Shown here: in pieces, positions 12,734-25,875 of the stretch
How the letters are laid out: the number at the start of each line of letters is the position of its first letter
How positions within the stretch are numbered: position 1 is the first letter of the stretch
Assembly (NCBI GenBank): GCA_004431415.1
Contig: QPMI01000194.1
Span: forward strand, 62,001 to 126,000
Direction: 5' to 3'
Source: Cyanophora paradoxa CCMP329
Taxonomy: Eukaryota > Plantae > Glaucophyta
DNA: 64,000 bases
Notes under the pieces: generated by a model
The model's database searches: none
The model's input: only the letters and a program-made list of their open reading frames with translations
What the model was told of the DNA's origin: nothing
Made by a program: the position numbers and the translations under genes

Positions 12734-12934
12734 CGTCGGCGCTGGGGAAGCCTCGGGAAGCTTCTGCTGTATGTAGGAGGCTCGGAAGGAGGCGGAGCTA
12801 GGCGAGGGGAGGCCGGAAAAGGGCGGTTCAACCGCGGTTGAACGAGCGGCGGTTCTCCCTGCGGGGTCCGCTGACTTCGCTGGCTGCACGATTTGAGCGC
12901 GCCGTCGATTGCGTCCTCGCGCTTGTCTTGTGTC

Positions 12935-13660
12935 GGTGCACGGTGACGGCGCTGGGTTGCTGGACCGCAGCGCTAGCTGCTCAGCCTGCCAGACAGAGCC
13001 CGCCTGCACACACGTACGACGAGGACGCGTGCATCCGTCTGCACCAGGGCATGCCTGTTGAGGCGTCGATGATGCACTTCGCCGTGCCGTAGCCTCGGGT
13101 GAAAGCGCAGGTCCGTGCCACGTGCGCAACCGGATTCACATTCTAGCTATATAGATTGAATCAGCTTTGTCGACGGACGCTCTTACGTCCAACTCTTGAG
13201 CTCGAGCCTCTCAGAGTCTCTGAGCTCGAGCTCATCGGGCGGTTCATCGGGCTCAACTCTACTTCCAGACGCATGCAATCTGACTGTCGCTTGTCCGAAG
13301 ATTGTCTCAGGCATCCATACAGGTGCTGGCTCGCCACTGCCCCCGTCAAACCACGCGAGCTCCGCCACTTGCAAGATCAACTTTGCTAATATCGCCCAAA
13401 TTGACGAAGCAGAGCGGAGACGGCACAAGGCCAGCCACGTGGAGGCAGATGACCGCACGTGCATCTGCAGGAGGCTAGATAATTTGTCTTTGGTTGCATC
13501 AGATTGCAGGAGATTGTCAGATTGCAGGAGCCAAACCAGTCTTTTCATATGATAATTAAAGCTGCAGGTGAGATCTTAGCAGGCGGAGAGCCAGGGCTAG
13601 CACTAGCACCAGGAAGGAGGCACATGTGCATGCGTGCACGTGTGCATATGCATGTGTATA
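12935..13660. repeat. Interspersed repeat family A, copy 2
   Basis: Collinear with 5845-6680. Both copies end next to poly-C tracts. Confidence 0.85.
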
Positions 13661-14702
13661 CGCCTTCCCACCCCCACCCCCCCCCCCCCCGGCCCCCCGC
13701 CCCCCCCCCCCCCCCCCCCCTGCGTGCACACGTGCACGCATGCACGTGTTCATGTGCTTGAGCGTATAATGTAATTAAAAACAGGTGTGATGAAATTGAT
13801 AGACATGTTTGATTTATAACTTTTTTAGTAATTACTAAGTTAGGCTCAAGTCTACGAGTCTACGCCCCCTCCACCCCCCTCCCCCGGGGGCCCCCTCTCC
13901 CCTCCGATCATCGGATCCCATTAGTGAGGCGTAGCCTAGTAGAGGGCCCGGGAGTGCAACCCACAATGAGTCCCGGAGTCCTGAAATAACGCCATACTAT
14001 GCCATGATGTCTTCCTACATAGTATATCATATATAGTATGATACTATGCCATGATGTCTTCCTACATAGATACTATGATACTAGTATGATACATAGTATG
14101 ATAGTATGTGTCTTCCTCATGCTCAGCGACTAGTCACTGAGTACTTGCACTCAGTACTAGTGGCCGCACTGCCGCCGGCTCACCTGGTCCAGCAAGCGCA
14201 CTGAAAGGCTGCATATGCATTTATGGCCGTGGTCCCGGTCCACTTGGCCAGCATCATCATGGCATGCCTACCGCAGTGCAAAGCCTTTGAAGGCCATGGC
14301 CCCATGGCCAGCCCTGCCAGGCTGCCCAGGAGCAATTCTAAGGAGCCTCGGAGGGCAGCGACGAAGGCTATGGTGCCACGGTGCTAGCACTAGCTGGGCG
14401 ACTGACTCAGTGATGGTGCGAGAAATCGAATGCAGCTGCGGACCCTCAGGGCCTGCTCGACCACGCGAAGCAGGAGCTGGCTGAGCTCCGATGATCATGA
14501 TGGCCTTCTCACCAACCAGCAAACCGGATGGAGTTCTGGATAACACACATCGGCTTTCAGTTCCTTGCAGAGAATCGCAAGACATGCCGCCAGCAGAGCT
14601 GAAAACTCGATGGAAAGAAGGTAAAGGAGGAATGAATTGCCAGCTAGCACATTACTCACGGCTAGAAGCTCCACTAGCAACCTGAGCTACATTACTAGCG
14701 AG

Positions 14703-17700
14703 CTACAATTGCTCCACTAGCAACCTGAGCCTTGCTACATCAACGAAGCCTTCATCCGCAATCCTATTGAGCAATGAGGCCATCCGCGGCTGAGGAACCT
14801 CACAAGCTGCAAACTCTCTACAAAGTTCAGAAATGCAGAACGAGCTGTTCTCTGACACACTCCCCTCCGGATGACGGGCAAGATGAGCAAGAACCTGAGA
14901 AGTGTTTAAGCCATGCCATCCTGCCATGTCATGACACGAGAAGTGAACCTGTAGGCACGCAAGTACATGTTTATGCTCTTCTCGAACTGCTGCATCTTCT
15001 TGGCATCCTCGTGCACACCTCAACATGCTGCACGGTCTGTCAAGATTGGGCCAATGCTTAAAACTAGACGTCCCCGATTTACCTGGCCAAGAGCTCAAGA
15101 AGTGGATCAAAGAACGAGTCTACTGCATTGTCGAATGCGTAGGCAATTACCGAAGCTACCTTCTGGCCCAGGCCTTTTTCGAAAATTTTAGATGCAGAGT
15201 CGATAGCAAACAATTCAAATTCGCACCTAAAGAGTAAAGTTGCTTGAGTGGGACATCAGGGCTTTGGACAAGCTTCAGAACGATCTTGATGTTGTGAATG
15301 TTGTTGTTGGAATGCTCAAGCTGGAGAAATTCTAGGAATTTACCAGTGAGCTGCAATCTAATGGAAGTGTGAGTATGGATTGAGCTCGGAATTGGGAAAA
15401 CGATGTGCACGCACTGCTGAAGATTTCTGACGAAAGCGGGGTTCCTGTCCAAGATTGCACTCAATGTCTTCAGTCCGTATAGAGGCAGAGGATCCTCGTC
15501 ACTCAAGATGAACTTGTACTTCGGCAGGACATAATTGCCGATGAGATCATCTATTTTTCGAGTTGCAGTGACCATGGAAGCTGAGGAGGGGAAGGTCAGA
15601 AGAAGTGGAACAGTCTTATCAAGGAGCGGAGACCTTCACGAGAAGATGGATCATACAAGTTGCTGTGATTGATGTACAGGACCAGAACATCACTGAGCAT
15701 CTTCAAACACAAAAACCGTGTGTCCCCATTCTCAGAGTCCAACAACGAGCAGAGCGTCGGCAACAGATGGGAAAGGACTGCATCTTGATGGGCAACCAAA
15801 ACAGCTGCGTGCTGCACAAAATTAAAGGCTGTCTGCCAACCTGAGATAGCGCCTCACTAAAACATGCAAACCTGAGATAGGGCCTCCACAATGAGTAGCA
15901 CAATCCGCTTGAAATCGGGGAGCACTACTGAAGCCACCACTTCAACGTGGGAAAGGCACAGTGAAAGATCTTGGAGTAGAGTGCTGTTGACAGCACGTGT
16001 GCGGAATGTTGGGGAAGTCATGACATGAAGGAGAATTGAAATGAAGCCGAGCTGCCCCTAAGTGTCGCATAAGTTGCATATTGCTGGAAGACGGGGGAAG
16101 CTACGTACTTTCTGTTTGGTGTTTGCCGACGCAACATACTTTTTGGACGACACCTTTTCTACCTCCAGGCAGATTTGTCGAGTTATCGAAGGAACAAGCT
16201 GACCAAATTTTAGAGCAAAGATACCAGAAATCTCATGGTTGCACTTCACCTCAGAAACCTGATGTAGAAGAGCGAGGGCGCACTGGTGAACATACGAATC
16301 CTTATCCTTCACAAGACGGTCGACAAGAGGAACAAGCTTCAAGTCACAGCACACAAGGAGCCACTTGGTGCTGAGGCGAACAAGAAGCAGCAATGAAAGC
16401 AATGCCTTTGCACGCAGCACTGGATGGGAGTGCTCCAACAGCTTCATTACTCTGCACGGTTTCTTAGCTAGATGCACGAAAGCGGACTAAGGAGGAGTCA
16501 GTCGAAGTGGCACTCACATCGGAAGGAGAGTCTTGTCTTCAGAAAGTGCTGCTTGTCCCCTGACATTCAGGTCCAGCAGTGAATAATTCAGAAGGTTGAC
16601 TGCTGCTTGCTGGACCTTGGGGTTTGAGTCTGCAAGACCAAACAGGAGAAACTGCGCGCCAAAAAACTCAGATGGGGAACTCGTGCTATGTTTCTTGCTT
16701 GCCTTGAAGCCAGCTTTGTCAAGAAGCAAGTTTATCAGTGCAGGAATCTGCCGAACTAGCCGTGCAAGAGCCGAGATGGCTGTTTGTTTAAGCTGGTCGT
16801 TCTTGCTCGTCATGAAAAGGTTCAGAAGGTGCCCCAGGGATTCAGGAGATGCAAATTTTTGTGAGTATTGGAGGCTCTGTGCGGCGATCTGTTGTGCCAG
16901 GTTAGCTGATGGCTGTTGGATGCGAGAAGGAAAAGAGAATGCAGACATTTTCTAATGTCTTGCATGCATAGTGCTGCACTGTCTCGTCCTCTCCAGCCTT
17001 CAAACATCGAACAACTAATGTAACTGTGGCTTGTGGGACAGCCCACTGCGATCCAGAAGGCTGATGTACTCTTGATGAGTTTCCGAGAAACAATTATGAA
17101 TCATTAGAACAGACTAACCGGTGTTGAATCTTGAGCTTGCTGTGTTGCGATGTAGAACAGGAGCTCGCCTAGAGTGGCCATTGCTCTTCGCTTGAGCTTG
17201 TCATTCTTATCTCGCAGGACATCAGTGATGACCTGGAAGAAACACAGTCAATTGCGTGTCGAATTCGTTGAGATGAGAAAAAACCTGTATAATGCCAGAA
17301 TCGTTGAGTGCTGGCTCGAGGAATGTCGCATGCCGAACCAAGAGCCCCATTATCTGCAACCGGTTGTTGAAGATTGATCATACGCCTAGCAGGTACGCTT
17401 ACCGAGCAAAGCCGAGACTTCAGCTGGATCGACTTGCACTTGCTGAGCATCTTGACAAAGAGTGTCATAAGTGCAGAGTTAACAAGCATATTCGCTGCTT
17501 GGGTGTCTTCACAGAGTGTCTCTAGATAAGCAAGGGTGTTCAACTGTTGTTCAGCTCGGATGTCAGATATGCGAAGAGTTTCGAAACAACAACCACACAC
17601 AGACCTTCTCTGCAACAGATGTCTGGCCTCCAATTGATTTGAACAAGAGCGTAAGGAAGTTTTCAAGGTCCTGCTGGCTCATCGACAGCATTTCTTGGAG

Positions 17701-19868
17701 AGAAACTGGTCTTAGCGGCAGTTGTCTGCTGTTGCATGAAATGGAACACTTACAAGAAAGCGAAAAAAGCGCACCGCTCGTCATACACCACGTCATTCAC
17801 ACTCTTCTCAATCCGACGATTTAAAACGATAGGCTGGAGAGAACGTCAGGGGGCTGCACTACAGATATGCTGCCAAACAATTATACCTTGACTATGTTAT
17901 CTGTGCAGGGTCATCAGTATGGAAGCCTCGGAATTCCAGACACGTGATTGAACATACCGGATTGATGGATGAGAAGTTGAAGAAGAGGTACAGGTGCGCC
18001 ACCAAGACATACGCTTTCGGAGAGAGCACGTGGAACAGCTGATGGAACAACAGCCTCGTGGGAATTCGATTCAGATTGCATGGGGCCAAGTGGCTGATCT
18101 GAACAAGAAGCACATAATCAGAAAAAAAGGTATTCAACAAGCTATGCTGCACAGACCATTTGCATGATCAGCCTCATCCGATTCCAGATCATCATTGTCC
18201 CCATCACCCTACGCAGCAGTCAGCACCGGATTCCCAGTACGGATAAGGTAGCATACCTCTTGCTGCCCGCGGGACTCACTCTCCTCGTCATCCTGTGAGC
18301 GATGCTCCTCAAACTCTAATTCGGCGTCGTGGTCTTTCAGTTCAATATCACCCTTGTCTGGAAACCTCTCAGTGCCGGCAAACAACGGAGAAAGCTCGCA
18401 GACCTTGATTAGTTTGACCACTGGACTGCTGCTGCCGGTACATATCACCATGCTCTTTGTCGAGGTTCTTCTTAACTGTCATGGACAGGCGCATCACATT
18501 CACTTGCTCACCCCCTGATTCCATGTCAGCACCCTGTGTAAATGCATCGACATTGAACCATACCAGGGTTGCCAACTCGTCCTTGAGGAGCAGGAGGAGA
18601 TACTGGCTCTCTAAGAACAGCATCTTCATCCCCGTTAATCTCTTCAGCTGGGGATCCGGAGGACAATGACGTAGGTTTGCCCCCTTTGTCAAGGGCAGAT
18701 TTTGCCGTAGGCTCCGGGAGCTGCCTCAGGTAGGCATCGAAAGCAGGTTGCTCAGGAATTGGAAGAGCAGCAAGCTTTTCTCTCCAAAATGCATGACTCC
18801 GAAGTTCCTGGGAACTCCTTCGGCGAATTGTCGGGCTCAAAATACGCAAAATCCAAACGAACCGTCCAATTGAACCGGCGAGCAGGGTGTTTTTGAAGCA
18901 GGCCCGCAATGAGATCGCCGAGTTCAGGAGACGCCCCCTCAATGGGCTGAAACTGTCCATACAGAATCTGATTCATAAGATCGGTGAAGCTATTGGAGAC
19001 GAATGGCGGCCTCCCAGTGGCCAACTCATATCTGCAGGTGTGATGAGGATGAAGTGCAACACTGCTGTGGGAAAAACACGCACAGGACACATCCTAGGGC
19101 CCAAAAATCTGAGCTGAAGTTGTGAACACCGTCGTCTTGGAAAAGCTCCGGTGCCATATAGCAGGGGGTGCCACGCTTGGGTTGTACTCCCTGCAGGTCC
19201 TCATCATTGAAACTTGAAGAACATTCGTAAAATATAGCCAAAACTAGGCACCTGAGAAGCTCCCGATCGAACTTCTGAGATGCTTTGTGCAAGGCCAAAG
19301 TCGCAAAGCTTAAGACAGCCATTTTCATCAATGAGCACATTGGATGGCTTCAGGTCACAGTAGATGATTCCACGGGAATGTATGAACCTGCCTCAATCTC
19401 AGTCACCTCTGAGAGCTTTTTTAGAAAAGTAAGAAACGCACTGGAGTCCGCAGAGCAAGTCCATTCCGAATGCATGCACTGTAGACTCCGGCAGGCGCTT
19501 GTCTTGCATAACGAGGTTCAGCAGGTCACCGCCGGTGCAGTACTCAACGATGAGCCAGATGTGGTTACTCGTCTCATACCAATTAAAGAATCGAAGTATA
19601 TTGGGGTGCACAAGGTTGTGGAGAATCCTCACCTGGGGTCCGATCAAGAATTCGCAATTAGTGAGCAGCAAACACTCGCCTCGTTCATAACTTTTTGCTT
19701 GTAGCTCTTCTCAACGCTCTTGATTGCAACATACTCGATGGTCTTCTTCTTCCGACCCTTGTACACGACGCTGTGCTTTCCGCGACCGATCTCTGCCGGG
19801 GCGCTCGCTCAGCCTCTGGCTTGGTGACCAGCGCTCAGCTAACCTTCATAGATGTTGTACTGGTTCAT
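14703..19868 (-). CDS. ULK4: ULK4/RUNKEL-family Ser/Thr kinase with C-terminal HEAT/ARM region (many exons)
   Basis: MNQYNIYE|[78 protein letters not shown] part includes LRAKALL and [13 protein letters not shown]. The 3' end is approximate. Confidence 0.93.
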
Positions 19869-20265
19869 AACGACTTGTGTGACGCCTAGGCCGGCCGCCC
19901 ACTGGCCGCTCGCTTGAAAGTTGATGGCGCCAGCCCCGCCGGCGTTGCCAAGTAGCTACAACGGAACCGCGCGAAGTTACGTAATCGAACACCAGCGCTC
20001 TACGCCGATGCAATCTCAGCTGCACCCGCTGCCCCCGTGGTTCCCGGCTCACCACGACACCGCTACCGCCCGCCTCAACAGCTCGTCGACCGCAACCCCC
20101 CGCGTATGGCTGGAGGGCGCACTGCGAGCAGAGCGCGAGGCGCCGAAGTTTGAGCTGCGAGAATTCCTCTACCCGGCTGAACAAGTCCCGCCACTGCGTC
20201 GACCGGGAAGAGTGCCTCGGCCGGAAGCAGCCCACGCTAATCAAACTGTCACACGATCAGAACCG

Positions 20266-20825
20266 ATGAGCCACACGATCTTGTTGATACAGGTGCGCCT
20301 GCACGACCCCATCGCTCCCTAACTAATCCGCATGCCACAGCCCACGAGCAAGGCGACGCGGACGTGGTGCGCGTGCTTACGCCCGCACACGCGCCCTGTC
20401 TGAGACGGCTGCAGGTCCGACCACGAGACAGTCAACCAGGTGTTTCCGGCCGGTGCGCGTCACCTCTCTGGCGTCTGATGTTTCTGCACAGGCGATGGAC
20501 AGCATTTGTCAGATGTTTGAGGGGCAGCTCAAGCGCGCAAATCCATCTGTGCGGAATATCACTTACGTACGCCGCGCTTTCGGCTGCCGTCGGCGCGCCA
20601 AAGCGCTCAGGCCCGCGCAGGACATCAGCGAGCTGTTCCAGTACATCGACTCGCTCGCTGATCTGAGCGTTCTCGTGTGCGTCTCTGTCGAAATTCCAGC
20701 TTGCCAAGTGCCTTTGTTGACCCCAAGACAGGTTCAACCCTCAGCTTTCTGCATATCAACCGCACAACAAGGACTGGATCAAGAAGAGAGTTTTCCAGCA
20801 CCTTCAATCGGCAGCATCTGCTTGA
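20266..20825 (+). CDS. ERH: Enhancer of rudimentary homolog (spliced)
   Basis: MSHTILLIQ|PTSKATRT|..DHETVNQ|AMDSICQMFEGQLKRANPSVRNITY|DISELFQYIDSLADLSVLV|..AYQPHNKDWIKKRVFQHL. Confidence 0.95.
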
Positions 20826-21652
20826 CCTCGAAACGTCAATGGTGTTTGTGAATTGGTTTACAGGAAAACGATGGGGAACGTCTGGCATCCAGAGCAGACG
20901 TCTTAAGGTTAGGGAGGACAGTGAAACGTGCATGTCATGATCATGGTCAGAATTGTGTGTAGTCGCACTCTGACACCCAACAAAATGGAAGATTCAAGCA
21001 TTAACGATCAGATTTCGTGCTCCCTTGCCCTCTCGTGAAGGACCGGAGATGCCCTTCAGCTGAGAACTGAGCTCCAGTACGTCGGATGCGCTATTAATTG
21101 CTAAACGAGCTATGACATGATGTGCTTAATTACGTCTAGCTATTTGCAGCTGTAGAGCCCTATAGCTACTATGGTGGTGCATCTGCCTTCAGCATTGATC
21201 ATGATCAAGGCTAGCTAGCGCTTCTTTAAATTGGACTCCCCGGATATTGCCGAGTCGATGCATGTGTGTCGACGTCACATATATATATATATATATAGTG
21301 GGGATAGTGGGGATCCGGAGCACGTGCACTGCTGCAGTGCAGCATGCACAACTCAGTGTTCATGCATATGACTGCTTGACATTGAAAAAATTATAAAACT
21401 AGCCTAGCTATATATATATAGCTATAGCTATAGCTAATTATAAACTTGAAAACTGTATATTGTAAGCACGTACGTATACACGGAAAGCGTTTGTAATACC
21501 GTAGTACGTATACGTACATGTCGATCGCGACGTCACCCCGTGGCACACTCGCAGGCGAGCCTCATGTAGAGAGCTCGAGCCACTGAGCCGCGGAGCTATC
21601 ATAGAACTCATAGGGGGGTACTCCAGTTCTTGCACGAAGCATCTTCGCAGCC

Positions 21653-22174
21653 ATGGCCGCCCTCCCCGTCGTTGGCCAGATTCCCCCTATCTTCAAGGCA
21701 GAGCTGGTTCCGCTGGATGTGAGTTCCAGGCCCCTTGCCCAACCGGCTCCGCGCGCAACATCTGCGCGCAACTTTTCGGCGCTGACTGCCGACGCCGCGA
21801 CGCAGTACGGCGCGATCCGCCTCGGCAGCCTCGGCAACGCGCCGTACCAGCGCGCATGGCCCGCTCGTTCTGTGCCGCGGATGCCGAAGAAGATCGGCAA
21901 GGGTGTCGTTGCGGCTGTGAAGTCTTCGCTGCCCCCGGCTGTCGGCGCATCTGTGGTGCGACGGATATCTTTCGTCAAGAGGCACAGCTGAACGTGCTTT
22001 ACCGCGCAGGCCCCGGGCGCCGCCCCCGCCTCGGCTGCCCCCGCCGCCGCTAGCAGCGGCAGCGCATCGTCTACCTGGCGTCCGAAGATCTACGGCAACT
22101 CGCCTTTCCTTGTGTTCAACGGGATTAAGCCCGGCCAGCTGCCCGCCGGCGGCCCCAAGCCGTACAAGCCCTAA
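21653..22174 (+). CDS. Small hypothetical protein (spliced)
   Basis: ATG in gccATGG context, GC3-biased codons, exons MAALPVVGQIPPIFKAELVPLD ... WRPKIYGNSPFLVFNGIKPGQLPAGGPKPYKP*. Confidence 0.55.
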
Positions 22175-22348
22175 GCTCGAAAGTGCGGTTGCACTTGCCT
22201 TTTTCGTGTGGATCACAATTTGAATAGTTCAAAGACTCGCAAAGCAACCATATTTCAAAGACTCGCAAAGCAACCCGCACGTGTAGTGCGTAGTCCACTA
22301 TGGGCGAACGCCAGGGTATAGTCGGCTGCTATGATCCCCTGTCGGCCG

Positions 22349-24139
22349 CTATGATGCCACTCGATACTTCTCTCGTGCCTCCAGGGAACCGTGTTTCGGC
22401 CGAGTCGTTGCGAGTTTCCTGATTGCGGTCTCAACGTAGGCATAAACGTTCGTCGGCAGATCCTTGAAATCTTGAGCACGAGACAGACAAGCGCGGGGAG
22501 GAGAGGAAGACACGATCGGAGGAGACGGAAGGAAAATGGAAGGGAACGCCACAACGGAAGCAGCTCCGCGTTTAGATGGTTGCGTCCTGTGCGGTGATGT
22601 AAGAAAGATCGCGGCATGGAGCCACAGCTTAAACCCGCCTGCAACTCCTCATGACGCTGGTATGAGAAAGCCTGACTTGAACCTGCTGCTTCACGGGCTA
22701 CGGCTGCGGGTGCACGGTTTTCCACGAGCTTCGGCTTGGCAGGCTCTTCGGCCTTCTTGAACCTGACCACTGTGTCACGGAAAACGACTGCTACCGAGAG
22801 AGAAGAGCGAGATACCAGATTTGATACAAGAGAGCTGTGATGCAGGCACCAAGGCACGGACCAACCCAGTAGACCCACTGCAGACACAAATGAAAAGGAA
22901 AGAAGCACGCCCCCATATCCCAACGCACATGATCCTCCCAAATGCCAGTCACAACTGGTGGGAAAACATTAGAAAACAAAATTTCAATCATGTGAGAAAG
23001 CGACGGGTACCTGCTGGGCCGAACGACCTCTGAACGCGCAACATTGAGCGGAAACAGAAACAGGAAGAAAGGAAGAAAGGCGAAAAAGGCAGACCGAGGG
23101 GTTGATGGATGATCCCGTGAAGGGCACACCGATGAGATGGCAGACGAAAACAGCCATTCCAACTACAAGAAAGGTGGGACACTGAGGCAAGTAAAATGAG
23201 AAAGATATGCTTTCGTACTTGCAAGCGGAGCAAGGGCATGGTGCATCTCGCCAACACGAGAAGAATCGATGGCAGAGAACACAGTGAAAAGAAGCACAGA
23301 TGTCAAAATGGCCTCCAACACGATGGCAGCGCCGAGATTCATATCAGAGGCTACAGTGGTGACGCCAAGAGTACCCTGCAGGGACTTCGGGAGGATGCCC
23401 TTGAGCACACCAGCGCCGACAACCGAGCCTGTGAGCTGAGCCAGAATGTACGCCGCTCCGCGTTGAAGAGTGACTTTCTTCGTGAACATGAAGCTGATGG
23501 TCACTGCAGAATTGATGTGCCCTCCAGACAGGTGGCCAATCGCAAAGACCTGCGCTTGAAGCTAGCTAAAAGAGGCACAAACAGTGGAGCAGGGCGCGCG
23601 CGCCAGAACCTGAAGACCGCAAGTCACTCCCACTGAATAGCAGGTTGGCGGGCACGCGCGTACTGTGATGCACATCCCGAAGGATAGCGAGATGACCAAC
23701 AGACGCGCATCACCGCCGGCGACGCGGGAGGCGGCAGTTAGATCCGCCTCGGAGACGACACTGTTGCTCGCGACAGCCGCGCCACAAGCGAGGAAGACTG
23801 CAGTCCCGCAACGATTACGCCGATACATCGAGTCGCAAGCGCACACGCAGCGCACCGAAGAGGGCAGAAGCGACGAATTCAGCTGTGACTGCTCGATAGA
23901 GAGACACGCTCTTGAACGCCGGCTGGTCATTCTCATCCTTCTCCACGACCTCGAACTACGAACTCATTCAGAACAGGGCGGAGAAAACCGCGGCTTGGCG
24001 CTGAGATTCTCACACCTTCAGAATGTTCTTCAGCTGCTCGTTCACTGCGTCGGGAAGGAAAGCGACTGCGAAAGGGTTTCGACTCGTACGGCCGCCGCGG
24101 CGCGAGGTCCGCGGGGCGCACGAATCTTTGGGCCGCCAT
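22349..24139 (-). CDS. Aquaporin / major intrinsic protein (spliced), with NSA and NPS boxes
   Basis: AEF helix 1, SGGHINSAVT, YILAQLTGSVVGAG, EAILT, HLIGVPFTGSSINPS|RSFGPA, WEDH|WVYWVGP. Confidence 0.93.
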
Positions 24140-24499
24140 CTTGGGCGGCGTTAAGCTCGTCCCGCTGAGCCATCTTCCCACAGCTGGCGTTCTCCCGAGT
24201 CCCGCCAACCCAGGGTACAAGTATACAAGCACAACCGTTTCGGTCTCGGATTGCATATTTTCCGTGTACTAGTACTCTCGAGCTCTAGATCTGGCCTATC
24301 ATCATGGCATATGCAGGGCGTTCTGATCATGGAGCTGCTGGTACGTATACGTATACATGCACGGAAGACAGTAATATTATTAATATTAATATTAAGAGCA
24401 CGAAGAAAGATAAGACAAAGAGCCAAAATCGACAATAAAAAAGAAAAGACACAGAGCTCGAGACAGATCGATATCGAGAAGAGACGATAAATCGAGCAG

Positions 24500-25245
24500 A
24501 TCTAGGGACAGAGGATGACTGACACGAAGAAGAGATGTCATCAGCCTCATCGTTGTTTTCATGATCAGTAAGCACGATTGGGGATCCTGGGTAAGCATGA
24601 TTGGGGATCCTGGGATATGGGTGGCAGAGAAGAGCCAGAAACGTTTTACAGAGACCTGAGGCAGGACAACCGTCACACGGCGTGACGTTGTCATCATGAT
24701 CAGCTTCAGGAGAGGATACATGGCCCCGCTTAGAAGAGGCAGCAGGAGGGATAATAGGATCAGTATCCATGCTAGGCCATAGGCATCAGGGACACAGCAG
24801 AAGCCTTGAAAGAGGAAGGGGCCAGGGGTGCAGCGAAGCCAGAGCTTGCGAAGTCATGCAGCTGCAGCCTGGCAGGTTGAACAGTAATCGCATCAGAAAA
24901 GAGCCGCAACAAATCAGGGTCAAGCTCAGCTTCATCCACATCAATGATGACCTGAGGAGAGGGAGAGAGAGAGATGAAGCAGAAGACACGCCCGTGGACC
25001 GGGTTGACAGGGTATAGCAGAGCCGCAGAGGCCCCTAGTGGGACATGCAAGGCACGCCAGGGATGCAAGGTGCGTACGCACCGCTTGGGACAGGGGCTAG
25101 CGCTGAAGGGCAGAGGCAAACTTGCATCATCAATATCAGCATGAAGAACGATGTGGTTTGCAATTGAAGCAGCAACCTCTAAATTACCAACACGGCGGCA
25201 TTGAAGAGGTGGCTCATCCTCGGAATCAAAATCCGGCGGCGGATG
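24500..25245 (-). repeat. Interspersed repeat family C, diverged copy
   Basis: PSPQVIIDVDEAELDP...MDTDP..PP...VSSP..LPQVSVKR matches the peptides at 47100-47530 and 11000-11420. Confidence 0.65.
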
Positions 25246-25249
25246 AGGT

Positions 25250-25524
<275 letters not shown>

Positions 25525-25875
25525 GCAAGCTCTACGGACGCACGCGGCTTTGGAGCTCACTTTTGTCGATGGAAGCAAGACAGCCTGGTCGCTGGATTGC
25601 TCAAGAAACAGGTTTGACAGGTTGGGCGTTTCAAACTGAACGGAGTTTGCGTCACGCCCCGCCCATTGTTAACTTCTTCCGCCAATGAAATTAGCCCAGC
25701 GCAAACTTGAGCTCGAACTTGGCCTCGTACACAGTGGCGTACACACGCGGCCACAACGGTCACAGTAACGGTCAGCAGGCCGGCTTGCTAGTCAGCTTCC
25801 CTCGGCTAGGCCGGACTAGCTAGCTTCCCGCCATCGCGCACGCCCGAGCGCGAGCATTCCTGCACGCCGCCGTGC

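Noticed and set aside
25730-25736. Perfect RSS heptamer CACAGTG upstream of the BAH gene (also at 33885; caccgtg x3 from 33041; cactgtg at 36713)
   Set aside because: No nonamer at 12/23 spacing, no extended inverted partner and no 5-bp TSD. It lies ~100 bp inside the boundary defined by the split repeat, and 7-mers occur by chance.
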